From an uncultured Armatimonadetes bacterium (GTDB lineage: Bacteria > Armatimonadota > Hebobacteria > Hebobacterales > Hebobacteraceae), in the NCBI GenBank assembly GCA_963716175.1, contig OY970296.1, positions 736,001 through 800,000 on the forward strand: 64,000 nt of DNA. Direction: 5' to 3'. The stretch's first letter is position 1; each line of letters opens with the position of its first letter. A model generated the notes under the pieces. That model was not told the origin of the DNA. It made no database searches and worked only from the letters and a program-made list of their open reading frames with translations. The position numbers and the translations under genes are program-made. Below are positions 1 through 10,046 of this stretch, piece after piece.

Positions 1-420
1 ACGGGCGAATGGCAGATCCACCAAGCAGGGCTGCTGGCCTCTCGTGAACAGCTCCCTCTCGCCTGAGAACAGGTATACCTTCCGATAGACAGAGACGATG
101 CTGCCCGAAGGGCCGATCACCACGGCTGAGTTGTACGGCCCTCCTCCGTCCGGGCTGGCTTCGGGCATCCCCACCACCATCCAGTACCCATGTCGCGCGG
201 CTAGGCCTGAGAGGCGCTCAGTGGTTGGGCCCGGGATGGGCTCGGCCACGTCAGCCACTGGGCCAGGAGCTGACCCGGTGGTGCACAGCTCGGGGAAGCA
301 GACAAGGTTGGCGCCGATCGCTCCAGCGCGCTCCGCCCACAGCTCTATGCGATCCAGATTGGCCTGCTTGTCACCCGGTCTGGCAATGATCTGCGCTGCG
401 GCCAGCTTAGCTCGCCTCAT
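1..420 (-). CDS. Carbon-nitrogen hydrolase (nitrilase family), 3' end runs off the window
   Basis: Manual translation from ATG at 420 (GGAG RBS): MRRAKLAAAQ..NLDRIELWAERA..LVCFPEL..PYNSAVVIGPSG..YRKVYLF; the PE and YRK motifs of the family are present. Confidence 0.85.
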   Translation of the reverse strand, partial: MRRAKLAAAQIIARPGDKQANLDRIELWAERAGAIGANLVCFPELCTTGSAPGPVADVAEPIPGPTTERLSGLAARHGYWMVVGMPEASPDGGGPYNSAVVIGPSGSIVSVYRKVYLFSGERELFTRGQQPCLVDLPFAR

Positions 421-496
421 GGTGTCGCTCCCTATCGTCTCGTATTCACCTGCTCATAGGGCGCCCACCGCTAGCTCACGCGCGACGCCATCCGGA

Positions 497-549
497 CAGT
501 GACTCCCAGCCCAGGGCTGGCCGGAGTCGAGGGGTGCCCGGGGCCGTCG
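497..549 (+). repeat. Dispersed hairpin repeat, copy 1 (CAGTGACTCC-cagccNaggg-gYWgcc-GGAGTCG family)
   Basis: cagtGACTCCcagcccagggctggccGGAGTCgaggggtgcccggggccgtcg; matches the copies at 14418, 15181, 16252, 51635 and 53356. Confidence 0.75.
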
Positions 550-632
550 GATGGCGGCTGGGAGCCAGGCGCGCATGATCGTCCTGGTGCCGCCGCTACC
601 ATCCTGATTCGGCGGCGCGATCCCATCTCGCT

Positions 633-3032
633 TCAGGTGGCAGGCGGAACGAACGTCCGCACGCGACTACCGTCCTGCCACCTGGCCAGGATGCCTCTGG
701 CTGGTACCTTGATACCTTGATAGAGAAAGTCGCGGGCCGTGAAGTTGGCCACCATTTCAACTCGGTCCCCAAACACTGCGCGCTGGACGAGGCGATCGGG
801 TGTCAGCCAGGAGAAGTCCGTCATCGGCAATAGAGCCAGCTCGCGGTGCAACGGCGAGAAGAACCGATAGTGGGCGCGGATCTGTTCCGCGCGCTTCTCG
901 AACTCGTCCAGGTTCAGGTGATAGAGAGGCGGCACGCCGTAGAGCAGCTCCAGCAGTTCGGTGGTCACCACTTGATCCGCGAACTTCAGGCTGGCGTATT
1001 GCCAGTGGTGGGTGGTGACAAGGGAGTCGTGGAACACCATCTGGTAGAGCGGCAACCGGAAGCGGACATCAAAGAACCGCGTTCGGTACCTGGGCTTCAG
1101 TGGCACTTGCTTCATCATGATCTGGGGGCCGTCGGGCGGCCACCACGATCCCAGGTAGTAGGGGCTTGCCTTGTCTCTCGTGAGGTCGGGATCGTCCCAA
1201 CCGATCACCGGCGTCATCATCCCGTGCGCGAAATGGATGACCGGCGCGGCGTAGGCTGCGCCCCGCTCTGAACCGATAACCAGCCCGTAGCTATCCCTGA
1301 TCCACGCCATCCTGTCCAGACGCGCTCGCATGTCCTCCTGCTGGGTGGCGGGATGCGAAGGCGAGTAGTCATCCCCGAGATCACCATAGGCGTCGCAGTC
1401 AATGAACCAGGAGTTGAACCGCTCGGGCAACTCCCGCATCAGGCGTGTCACCCTTGCTGTCACATAGGCTCGGGCTGCAATGGGGCTGAGCTTGTAACCT
1501 TTGCCCATGAACCCGCGCTTGGGTTTGCCATCGCGGCCCACGACGGCGCCGGTTTCGTAGAGCCGCTGATCGAACTGCGCCGTCTCCCAGGAGTCCGGCT
1601 CACCAGGACGGTGAATACTGTCGTAGGAGTCATAGGTGGCGATCAGGTAGCCGAGATCCTTCGCCTTCCGGATCGCCTGGGGATGGCGGAATCCGCCCTG
1701 CCACGAGTCCAGCCCAAGCCAGAGCCGATCCAGTCCCGCGGCGGCGAGCTGTTCCATCATCTTCACCGAGACCCCGTCGCCCCAACGATCACTGCGTACG
1801 AAATCGCCCGGGAATGCCGCCTCCAGCAGCAAGCAGTTCAGCCGCAGCAGTCGAGCAGTAGAGAGCCTAGCGACCCCGACTGCCAGCAGTTCCTCGGCTT
1901 CGGCTGGGAGCTGGATGCCCTCCCACGCGACTGGCTGGTAGAGATCACGGCGCGAAAGTGCCTCGCTCAGGGCGTCCGCGGCCTCGCGCGTTAAGGCAGG
2001 ATACGACTGGCCCGGCGACGCGATCTGCTTCACCGAACGCCGTGCGTCAGGAGAGAGCAGCTCCCAGACCCGGCGTCCTGGTGAGGCGTGGCTTGCGCGG
2101 GCCTGCTTCAGAAGCGCGGTGACGAAGTGCTGCCACTCCAAGACATCATGCCGGCTGAGCAGCGAACTGCCCCAGAGGTAGACGTGCGCGGCCCCCAGCA
2201 GCTTCTCTGCCTCCGGTGTTTGCTCAATCTTGTGCTGGAGGCTAACGAACTGACCGTGATCAGTGAGCCACTTGCGGTACACCCTGGCCGGCTCCACCGG
2301 TGACGGTGAGCCCAAGCGGATGACGAAACCGTGCTCTTCTGGCTGTCCAGACGCGAACTCGTGGACGAGCCGGGCGCCGATCCGCCCGCCGTGCGAGTAG
2401 AAGCTGAGCGCGTTGTGGAACGGATTTCCCAGGATGTAGGTCACCGTGTACTCGCGGCAGTCAAGGCCCCAGAACGGCATCGACAGCCCTTCGGTAGTGC
2501 TCATGGGGCTGCTCCGGGTGAGGACCGAGAGCCACTCGGCGTTGCCGACCGGAACATAGCTTCCTTCATCCAGCGGCAGCAGATACGCTACAACTGCTCG
2601 GTCTTCGCCGATCACCGGCCAGGTGACCTCACCCCCAGAGACGGAGGTGAAATGCACCAGCAGTGCATCGCCGGCCAATGCCATCCTGACCGAGCAGCTC
2701 CTGCCTGCCAAGTCCCAACTCACCTCGTCCTCGCCCAGGGCCAGGTTCCCCACATCTCCGAGCCCCTCTTGGGGAGCCGACAATTCGACGCGGCACCGAC
2801 CTTGTGGTCTCGCCCTGACCCCAAGTGTGGACGGGGTGATCTCGATGCTCCAGACGCTATTGCGCAGCTCGACGGTCTTGGCGGCATGAGTAACGCCGGG
2901 CGCGCTGGCGAGCACGCAGATGAGGACAAGGATGAGGCCAACTCTCACCACCGGGGCTTCCCGCGTTTCATCCCTTGGGCTCATTGGGTCTGGAACCGCC
3001 GAACCGGCTGCTGTTTCACTGGTTTCAGACAA
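633..3032 (-). CDS. Secreted glycoside hydrolase, GH101/GH129-related
   Basis: 799-aa ORF with signal peptide; motifs GLSMPFWG, GAAHVYLWG, GYLIATYDSY, SWETAQF, FNSWFIDCDA, RLPLYQMVFHDS. The true start may be slightly downstream. Confidence 0.7.
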   Translation of the reverse strand: MSETSETAAGSAVPDPMSPRDETREAPVVRVGLILVLICVLASAPGVTHAAKTVELRNSVWSIEITPSTLGVRARPQGRCRVELSAPQEGLGDVGNLALGEDEVSWDLAGRSCSVRMALAGDALLVHFTSVSGGEVTWPVIGEDRAVVAYLLPLDEGSYVPVGNAEWLSVLTRSSPMSTTEGLSMPFWGLDCREYTVTYILGNPFHNALSFYSHGGRIGARLVHEFASGQPEEHGFVIRLGSPSPVEPARVYRKWLTDHGQFVSLQHKIEQTPEAEKLLGAAHVYLWGSSLLSRHDVLEWQHFVTALLKQARASHASPGRRVWELLSPDARRSVKQIASPGQSYPALTREAADALSEALSRRDLYQPVAWEGIQLPAEAEELLAVGVARLSTARLLRLNCLLLEAAFPGDFVRSDRWGDGVSVKMMEQLAAAGLDRLWLGLDSWQGGFRHPQAIRKAKDLGYLIATYDSYDSIHRPGEPDSWETAQFDQRLYETGAVVGRDGKPKRGFMGKGYKLSPIAARAYVTARVTRLMRELPERFNSWFIDCDAYGDLGDDYSPSHPATQQEDMRARLDRMAWIRDSYGLVIGSERGAAYAAPVIHFAHGMMTPVIGWDDPDLTRDKASPYYLGSWWPPDGPQIMMKQVPLKPRYRTRFFDVRFRLPLYQMVFHDSLVTTHHWQYASLKFADQVVTTELLELLYGVPPLYHLNLDEFEKRAEQIRAHYRFFSPLHRELALLPMTDFSWLTPDRLVQRAVFGDRVEMVANFTARDFLYQGIKVPARGILARWQDGSRVRTFVPPAT

Positions 3033-3080
3033 CGGATGACTTCTCCTGCCAAATGGTGCTCCTGGTATCGAAGGGCGGTG

Positions 3081-3377
3081 CTAGCCCAACACCTTGACAG
3101 TGACGTTGGCCTGCGCAACGTGGAAGCAGCCGATGTCTATGCTGCGAGGGTCCCACAGCGCCAGGAGAGCAAGACCAAGGGGCGCTGGTGTCCTAACGCC
3201 GCCGTAGGGCAGGCCGAGCCTTTCGCCTCTGACCTCTCCGCTGCCGGCCCCGGTCCAGAGCGTCACCGTAGGCATGCGGGTGTAAGAGGTGCCACGAGTT
3301 GCGCTCACGAACGCAAGCTCCCGGCTCGTGAAGCCAATCAGCACTTCGCCGTAGCTCCGCTCAAGGACAAGCTGCAT
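3081..3377 (-). CDS. Hypothetical protein
   Basis: 98-aa ORF filling the gap upstream of the hydrolase, with a purine-rich stretch before ATG; no recognisable motif. Confidence 0.3.
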   Translation of the reverse strand: MQLVLERSYGEVLIGFTSRELAFVSATRGTSYTRMPTVTLWTGAGSGEVRGERLGLPYGGVRTPAPLGLALLALWDPRSIDIGCFHVAQANVTVKVLG

Positions 3378-3403
3378 TGGGGGTCTCTCTAGTGCTGCGG
3401 CCC

Positions 3404-3432
3404 TTGCGGCCAGGCGCCGCCCAGATTACACT
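3404..3432 (+). promoter_or_regulatory. Putative sigma70 promoter
   Basis: TTGCGG-N17-TACACT upstream of the 3514 gene. Confidence 0.4.
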
Positions 3433-3513
3433 GTTACCGGCAGGGATAGCGAGCCCGGGGTTGGCAGCCTCAGAGATGGCGCTGGCAGCGCCTGGCGGAT
3501 GGGAGGAAGCCCA

Positions 3514-4518
3514 ATGGTCAGGGTAAGCCGGAGCGATGGCAGAGCTGTCATCGAAGGCGTCGAGCGACTGGGTTGGGGCGAGGGGCGCGAGAACACCTTC
3601 GTCGGGGCACTCACGGTCCTCGCCCATGCGCTGGGCGATGAGGCCCACTACGACTTCCTCATGGGCGTGTCGGGTGCGGCCTTCCGCGTGCAGCTGTGCC
3701 AGCCGGAGTGGTGCCCCAGCGCCCCGGACGCAGGCTGTGGGTTCCAGTGCGATGCAGCCGCGACGGCGGCTCTGGGATATGTGACGGAGACCATGTTCGC
3801 GTCGGTGGAGGATGCCGGCCAGATGCGTCAGGTGCGGGAGGCGGTAGTCCACAGCATTGATCAGGGCCATCCGGTCATCGCCCTCGACCTAGTGAAGAGC
3901 GCCGACTATGGGGTGATCGTCGGCTATGCCGATGCCGGAGAGACGTTCCTGTGCCGCTCCTACTGGGACACAACAGACGAGTACGCAAGGGCCGAGAAGT
4001 GGCCCTGGGTGATGGTGTCCATTCGAGCGCGCCGAACGCCGCCGGCGCGCGCGGACCTGATCAGGCGTTCGCTGGAGCAGGCGGTCATGCTCGCGACCAC
4101 CGAGCGCTTCGACACCTACCTCAGCGGATTCGGCGCTTACGAGACGTGGGCGCAGCAGCTCCTGGAGGACTCCCGATTTGGGCCCGACAGACTCCAGCAG
4201 ACCGCGCAGGCGAACGCCTGGAGCTACATCAGCCTGATGGACTGCCGCGCCGCGGCCTCCCGCTACCTCTCCGCCATCGCGGATGAGTTCCCAGCGACGC
4301 GTGCCCAGCGTCTGCTGGAGGCCGCCGACCTGTATGGTCAAGTCATAGGGGTGCTCGGAGACACGCAGGGGATGGTTCCTTTCCCCCTGCAATTGGGCGA
4401 GAAGGCTGCCTACCCGATAGACCAGCGGCGAGCTGAAGCAGAGACGCTCAGGAAGGCACTCGGCCTGGAGCGACAGGCGATACTGGAGATCGAGCAGGCC
4501 CTGGCCACCGTGCACTGA
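3514..4518 (+). CDS. Hypothetical protein with a possible papain-like (C39/BtrH-like) fold
   Basis: GGAGG RBS then ATG 3514; YDFLMGVSGAAFR, SIDQGHPVIAL, YGVIVGYAD motifs followed by a helical C-terminus. Confidence 0.6.
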   Translation: MVRVSRSDGRAVIEGVERLGWGEGRENTFVGALTVLAHALGDEAHYDFLMGVSGAAFRVQLCQPEWCPSAPDAGCGFQCDAAATAALGYVTETMFASVEDAGQMRQVREAVVHSIDQGHPVIALDLVKSADYGVIVGYADAGETFLCRSYWDTTDEYARAEKWPWVMVSIRARRTPPARADLIRRSLEQAVMLATTERFDTYLSGFGAYETWAQQLLEDSRFGPDRLQQTAQANAWSYISLMDCRAAASRYLSAIADEFPATRAQRLLEAADLYGQVIGVLGDTQGMVPFPLQLGEKAAYPIDQRRAEAETLRKALGLERQAILEIEQALATVH

Positions 4519-4635
4519 GGCCGCCTGGCGGTCGCGGAGCGAGCTAGCCACAGCCCGTCCACGAACTTGGCCCGATCGGTCGGCGACAGCGGAGCCAGCT
4601 TCACCCGCCCGGGGTGGGCAAGCTTCCGCACTCCT

Positions 4636-5118
4636 CTAGCCAGGGCTTCCCGGGTGGTCCGAACGTGCGAACCGATCTAGCGGGAACGGCGGCCTCGACA
4701 GCGGCCTGACCGCGAGCGACAGCAGCAGCACCTCGTTGTCGTCCGCCGCGATGCGGTTCGAGCTCAGGTGGCCGCACTGGCGGCACCGGTGGATGATCGC
4801 CCACTCGCCGCCCTTCCGGACCCAGACCGCCACGGGCTCCATGAGGCCGCCGCAGCAGGCAGCACGATCTCCGGGTTCATCGTCGAGGTGCACGCTCACC
4901 AGGCACCACGGGCAGTGGTTCCGGTGCTCTGAGCCAGCACCCCCGGGGACCACGAGCGTGCCGCAGTTGCGGCATTGAAACGAGTCTTCGGGGCCACTTG
5001 GCGCGCGATCCGGGACGGTCTCGCCCCGGCGCAGGTGCCGGCCCCGTCGGCGCCGCGATCGAGCATCTTGGTGACGACCATGCGAACTCCTCAACTCCCT
5101 ATCCTCCTGGCCATGCAT
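4636..5118 (-). CDS. RNHCP domain protein
   Basis: FQCRNCG..HRNHCPWCLVSVHLDDEPGDRAACCGGLMEP..HRCRQCG..NRIAADDN; the best RBS/ATG (5081) is out of frame, so the start is uncertain. Confidence 0.9.
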   Translation of the reverse strand: MHGQEDRELRSSHGRHQDARSRRRRGRHLRRGETVPDRAPSGPEDSFQCRNCGTLVVPGGAGSEHRNHCPWCLVSVHLDDEPGDRAACCGGLMEPVAVWVRKGGEWAIIHRCRQCGHLSSNRIAADDNEVLLLSLAVRPLSRPPFPLDRFARSDHPGSPG

Positions 5119-5243
5119 GCACGTACGTCATCATCCGCGGCCATAGCAACGCCGCGGGCATGGAGGCTGCGCCGCGGCGGAAGGATAAGGAAGGCCATCG
5201 CGAAGATGGCCTGCGCTTGCCAGATCAGGTTGATGGGATCAGG

Positions 5244-5303
5244 CTAGCCTCCGGTCCTTTCGAGGCGCAGCACCGTTGTGGAGTTGCTTATCGCAGTCAC
5301 CAT
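5244..5303 (-). CDS. Putative leader peptide MVTAISNSTTVLRLERTGG
   Basis: GGAGG RBS, 19 codons, lies between a promoter and a hairpin region upstream of RNHCP. Confidence 0.45.
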   Translation of the reverse strand: MVTAISNSTTVLRLERTGG

Positions 5304-5345
5304 ACACTAGGCCTCCGACCAAAGAATACGAACACTGGATACAGG

Positions 5346-5375
5346 AGTCTAGCCGCGGAGCAAGCGGACTGTCAA
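5346..5375 (-). promoter_or_regulatory. Sigma70 promoter for the leader/RNHCP transcript
   Basis: Minus strand TTGACA-N18-TAGACT. Confidence 0.6.
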
Positions 5376-5743
5376 GCGCTGGCGGCCGACTTGCCCTCGC
5401 GCTTCTTGCCGTGCAGCCCGTGATGGCTTTCCGGTAGCAGAGACCGCAGCAACAGCAGCGTGCGCCAGGACGCCGCCGGCAGACAGCGCGGTGAGGAGCA
5501 GCAGGTACCTGGCGCGGACTCCGCATGCTGTCGAACGAAGCCGGCCAGCCGCCGGCGCAGAGAGCGGCTGGGCGGGACCCGGCCGGCCTCCCGAGCGCGG
5601 CCTGAGGGCCGAACATTGAGTGGAGCAGGCCGTAACTGGTTCCCGCTGCTAAGCCTGAATCTGCGTCGGATGATGCCGGCTATCAGACGTGTTTCCAGTG
5701 AGAGTGCAAGCCTTGCCGGCACCACGGCCCTCTCGGCCCACAC

Positions 5744-5902
5744 TCACCGCAGATAAAGCTTCGACGCGATCTTGCGGCCGATCATCTTGTTGACCAGCCG
5801 CCGCGTCATGCGCTTGGGATTGCCGCTCGCCAATGCGCTGACGTCGTTGGCGATGCGCGCGATCCTGTAAAGGCTGCTGACGAGGCTGAAGCCCCTGGCC
5901 AC
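5744..5902 (-). CDS. Small basic hypothetical protein (52 aa)
   Basis: GGGAGG RBS then GTG: MARGFSLVSSLYRIARIANDVSALASGNPKRMTRRLVNKMIGRKIASKLYLR; below the ORF-track cutoff. Confidence 0.65.
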   Translation of the reverse strand: MARGFSLVSSLYRIARIANDVSALASGNPKRMTRRLVNKMIGRKIASKLYLR

Positions 5903-5913
5903 GGTCAGCCTCC

Positions 5914-6093
5914 CTACCCGAACCTGGCTCTGGCCTCGACCAGGGCCTCGACGAAGGCCATGAAGTCCGGCTCGTAGAAGCTGAGGTGGACGAACTCGTG
6001 CTGGACGACGAAGTTCTTCTCCTCCTCATCGTACCAGACGGCGGTCACGACGCCCTGGGACGTCGTCTTGCTGGCCAGATCGCGGATCGACAT
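5914..6093 (-). CDS. Small acidic hypothetical protein (59 aa)
   Basis: GGAGGAG RBS then ATG 6093: MSIRDLASKTTSQG..WYDEEEKNFVVQHEFVHLSFYEPDFMAFVEAL. Confidence 0.65.
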   Translation of the reverse strand: MSIRDLASKTTSQGVVTAVWYDEEEKNFVVQHEFVHLSFYEPDFMAFVEALVEARARFG

Positions 6094-6377
6094 GAGCTCC
6101 TCCCGCTCGCCAGACCGAAGTGCGCTGACCTGAGGCAAGACCACAGGCCGTAAGTCTGACGTAAAGACTGATACCACTAATGGGGGAATGTCACTAGTGT
6201 CGTGTCCCAGGAACAACTTGATGATATGCTGTCAGCACATAACCACAGAACGGGCGATCTAGGCCTGTTGTGAGCTCGTGCCGTCCTATCGCACGTCTTG
6301 CGTTTCTCCAGCTAATGCTGGGACGGCACACTAGACGCTGTTTCATAACCTTCCCGGGGGAGGTCATGAAATGCGCT

Positions 6378-7145
6378 CTAGCAGCCAGAGGATACTGCCA
6401 GCGACAACGCGAGATCAACCATGGCTCTCTCGCCGCGGGCTCTCCGTTCAGCCTTTGCGGCACCGGTGAGCATGATGTGCTCGCCGGCCCGCGGGTTATC
6501 GAAGGCGAAGAGGAGAGATAGGCGACGCATTTCGAAGTGCTCCGCCACCGCGAAGGTGGCGGCGGATTCCATATCCACGGCGAGGTAACCAGCGTCGCCC
6601 CACGCCGCGACCTCGGCTCTTCCCTCAGCAAGGAGTGCGGACGTCGTCCAGATCGGCCCCTTGTGCAGACCAATGGAACCCGCGCCCACGCATTCGACAG
6701 CCGCGACCAAGTCCGGCGACGCCTCCACCTCGTCTTTTCCTGGCAGGTAGTAGCAGGCCGCTCCCTCGCCGCAGTGGGCTCTGGTGGCGCACACGATGTC
6801 GCCGGGGAAAATGCCCTCAGCCAAGGCTCCGCAGCAACCGGTCTGGACCACGAGCCTCGTGCCCATCGCCCCGAAGACATGGGTGATCTCAGAGGCCATA
6901 GCATCGCCGTACACAGAGGCGTAGCCGACAAGATCTCCCTGGAAGCGGCCAATCAGCACGTCCTCGAAGATGCCGTTCGGCGAACCCACCTCCAGCACAT
7001 CGGAGAAGTGAGCCTTGTGCTTCTCGTAGTTCAGCTTCAGGTTGCGTGTCCCACGTAGCAGGAGAACTCCGGGTACCAAGTCCTCTGGTATAGCGAGGAA
7101 GGCCAGCCAATCATCCCTTGTCAGCTCTTTCAGCACTTCAGACAC
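6378..7145 (-). CDS. Nucleoside phosphorylase (PNP/UDP family 1)
   Basis: VQTGCCGAL..PGDIV..GEGAACYY..GPIWTTSALLAE..AVDMESA; GTG start after GGGGAG. Confidence 0.85.
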   Translation of the reverse strand: MSEVLKELTRDDWLAFLAIPEDLVPGVLLLRGTRNLKLNYEKHKAHFSDVLEVGSPNGIFEDVLIGRFQGDLVGYASVYGDAMASEITHVFGAMGTRLVVQTGCCGALAEGIFPGDIVCATRAHCGEGAACYYLPGKDEVEASPDLVAAVECVGAGSIGLHKGPIWTTSALLAEGRAEVAAWGDAGYLAVDMESAATFAVAEHFEMRRLSLLFAFDNPRAGEHIMLTGAAKAERRARGERAMVDLALSLAVSSGC

Positions 7146-7369
7146 CTTCGTCTCCCCTCGTGGGCTCCCTCTGGGGCAAGGAACGTGAATGAGCGTGCCC
7201 GAGCGCGCATGTACCCGAGCGCCGTCCGCGCCAGCACCCGGTTGGCCCGCTGCCAACGACCGCTGTTCTCTTCGCTGGCACATCCCGGGTCAGTGAGGCA
7301 GGCGACCACCTCTCTACTGCTCTCCACCCCAACGCTTCTGATCAGGCGCCCTCGGTCAGTGCTGCTCCT

Positions 7370-8941
7370 TCACTTGGTCGCAGCACCAGATGCTGATCCG
7401 CCCGCGCTCTCAAGATCCTTGAGCGCAGCCTGGCCGTCCGTGTGGCTTGCGGGGAGCTTTCCCAGCAGCTCCTTCGCTTCCTTCGTCCTTTCCTGCACCT
7501 GCGCGACCCGGCCGAGCACATACCACGTCTCATCGTCGGCCTTCCCCTGCAGCGCAAACTCCCGGCCTGGCTGGGCCTGCGCCAGGACGGCCGCGAGCCG
7601 GATCTGCCGCTCCGATCCCTGCCTGGGGATCCCGCTCCGCCGCATGGCGATCGCCAAGTTGACCCGCATGTCAGCATCGGAGGGCGCCATCTCGAGGGCG
7701 TCGGAAAGCAGCTTCACCGCAGTGCCGTAGTCGGCCGCGGTGAGCGCGCGGTAGCCCTCCTCGCGCAGCCCAGCGGGTCGCCCTTCCCTCAGGCCCGTTC
7801 TGACCGAATCCGGTACGTATTCGAGCAGCAGGCTTCGGGAGTCTCCTCCCAGGACCGTGTCCAGCGCCCGAAGGATGGCCTCGGTGTCCAGGGGCTCCTG
7901 GCCCTGCAGCTTGCCCACGACCGCGGCCAGCGTGCCTGGCGGGCGATCGCGCAGCAGCCGCTCGATGAGCTCATAGGCGCAGTAGGCCGACTCTTCGTCC
8001 TTGGCGTCGCGTGGCCTGGGGTCCTCGCCAGAGGGCCAGGCGAGAAGATTGACTCGCGCCCTCGCTTCCGGCGTGGGGGCCTCTGGAAGGACGACCTCCC
8101 GGCACTGCTGTACGTAGTCAGGTGCGATCTCCTGGACGACGCGGGGCGTGGCCCATTGCGCCACCCCTTCGTGGAACCATCGCGTGAACGGCTGGGGTCC
8201 GCATTGCCTGGCGAGCAGCAGGTTGGCGGCCATCTGGATGCTGGCGAAGTGGGTGTGTAAGGCCAGGCCCCCAGCGAAGATGTCTAGCATGTCGCCCACG
8301 CCGGCAGCGGGGCCCTTCTCGGCGTTGCGAAAGGTGCCGTCATCCCTAACCAGGACGGGGAGAAAGCTCCGCTCGGTCGGGAGCTTCACACCGGCCCCCT
8401 CCAGCGCCGACGCCTGGATGCCCATCTGGAGCTGGAACCTGTCCTCGCGGGGGAGATACGTCAGGCTGATAGCGCCACCGCTCACCCCGCCCGAGGCCTT
8501 CAGGTCAGACTCCCGGTACACCCTCACGTCAGCGAACATCGGCTCGACGAAGGCCGTCGTCACCTGTCCTACCCCCGCGATCAGCCTGGTCGCGTCTCCC
8601 TCCGCTTCTGGGAGGCCGAGCAGTTGCGCGAGCACGCGGGCGGTTCGCGCTCCATCGGAGAAGGCGCGCTGCATGGCCCGAAACTTCTCCCGGCGTGGCG
8701 CCACCACCGTCTTGCAGACCTCGGCTACCTGCTGCGCCTGGGACTCAAGGCCGCGCGGGTAGCTGATGGTGATACCACCGACGATCAGCTTTTCGGTCAG
8801 GACGGGCCCCGGATTGCCGCCCCCCTGCACCGCCTCGGCGGGAGGGACGGGGCCCGGGCCGGCCCCGGCGTCATCTGCACACGCCGGCCGGTATGGGGCG
8901 AGACACAGCAGCAGCACTGCGACTGGCAGCCACCATCTCAT
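7370..8941 (-). CDS. Secreted protein with peptidase-MA-like segment and C-terminal TPR
   Basis: Signal peptide MRWWLPVAVLLLCLA; RWFHEGVAQW motif; TPR-like helices at the C-terminus. Confidence 0.6.
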   Translation of the reverse strand: MRWWLPVAVLLLCLAPYRPACADDAGAGPGPVPPAEAVQGGGNPGPVLTEKLIVGGITISYPRGLESQAQQVAEVCKTVVAPRREKFRAMQRAFSDGARTARVLAQLLGLPEAEGDATRLIAGVGQVTTAFVEPMFADVRVYRESDLKASGGVSGGAISLTYLPREDRFQLQMGIQASALEGAGVKLPTERSFLPVLVRDDGTFRNAEKGPAAGVGDMLDIFAGGLALHTHFASIQMAANLLLARQCGPQPFTRWFHEGVAQWATPRVVQEIAPDYVQQCREVVLPEAPTPEARARVNLLAWPSGEDPRPRDAKDEESAYCAYELIERLLRDRPPGTLAAVVGKLQGQEPLDTEAILRALDTVLGGDSRSLLLEYVPDSVRTGLREGRPAGLREEGYRALTAADYGTAVKLLSDALEMAPSDADMRVNLAIAMRRSGIPRQGSERQIRLAAVLAQAQPGREFALQGKADDETWYVLGRVAQVQERTKEAKELLGKLPASHTDGQAALKDLESAGGSASGAATK

Positions 8942-9478
8942 CAGCTCTCTCCTGACCTGCTTGGGATACCGCGGCCAACGTAAGAGCCTCACCCCTGCAG
9001 GCACGAGGTCCTCCCGTGTTGGCGCCCCCGTGGCAGACGGGCGCCGGCACGCTATCTCGCCTCCCGGTCGCGCAGAAGCTGGACGAGCGCGGCGCCCTAC
9101 GACGCCAGTGCCTACACCAGACACAGCACCAGTTTGGCTCTCATCCCACCCCCCTGGCGTGAGTCCTCTGGGCCTCAGCGCTTCGCCTCCCATGCCGCAC
9201 AATAGCTCATCCGCCTCCTGGGACGCTGCGACAACCCTGGTCGCGGTATTCTCTGCACTCGCTAGCACCCCTGTTCCGGACGGTCGGTGGTGAGACTCCT
9301 CAGTTGAGGGGCCCACCGGGCCGCCTTGAGGCCCCGTTGGGCCCGCATGGCGAAGCAGAATCAAACCGGCCTTCGAGCCAGCGCCAATCCTGTCTGAGCC
9401 ACACCGCTGAGTTCCCAAACAGCACGGTGATGGGCCCATTTCTGGACAAACCGCCATAGCGGGTGGGCATTCCAGGAC

Positions 9479-9525
9479 TTGACGTGCGAAGGTGGTCAGA
9501 TAGAATACTACATCGGAATCATTCC
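9479..9525 (+). promoter_or_regulatory. Promoter plus palindromic operator (candidate PerR/Fur box)
   Basis: TTGACG-N16-TAGAAT followed by the palindrome GGAAT-C-ATTCC upstream of the Fur-family gene. Confidence 0.55.
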
Positions 9526-9540
9526 CCCTGTAGGCCGACC

Positions 9541-10035
9541 ATGAGTACAGACAGAGCGGAAGTTCAACGTCGTCTTCGTCACTTCCGGGAGGTCTGCAAG
9601 AACAACGGCGTGAAGGTGACCCATCAGCGCATGGTCATCTTCCAGGCCTTGGCGCAAACTGACGAGCACCCGGACGTGGAGACGATCTACGCAGCCGTTA
9701 GAAAACAGATCCCGGCAATCTCGCTCGATACGGTGTATCGCACGCTTTGGCTGTTGCGGGACTTGGGGTTGATCTCCACGTTGGGGCTGCCTCGAGAGAG
9801 GGTGCGATTTGATGGGAATACGAGCAGACACCACCACTTCGTCTGTGCGGGATGTGGGCTGGCGAGGGACTTCTACAGCGCGGAGTTCGACAAACTGCCC
9901 ATCCCGAGAGAGGTGAGAGCCGTCGGGAGCGTGGAGACAGCGCACGTGGAACTGAGGGGCCTGTGCTCCCGCTGCCTGAAGAAACGAAGGGGCCGACGGA
10001 GCGATCGCGACCTGTCGCACAGAGACCGCCGCTAA
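9541..10035 (+). CDS. perR: Fur-family peroxide regulator (PerR-like)
   Basis: [39 protein letters not shown]; directly upstream of catalase. Confidence 0.85.
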   Translation: MSTDRAEVQRRLRHFREVCKNNGVKVTHQRMVIFQALAQTDEHPDVETIYAAVRKQIPAISLDTVYRTLWLLRDLGLISTLGLPRERVRFDGNTSRHHHFVCAGCGLARDFYSAEFDKLPIPREVRAVGSVETAHVELRGLCSRCLKKRRGRRSDRDLSHRDRR

Positions 10036-10046
10036 GGAGGCGCACC

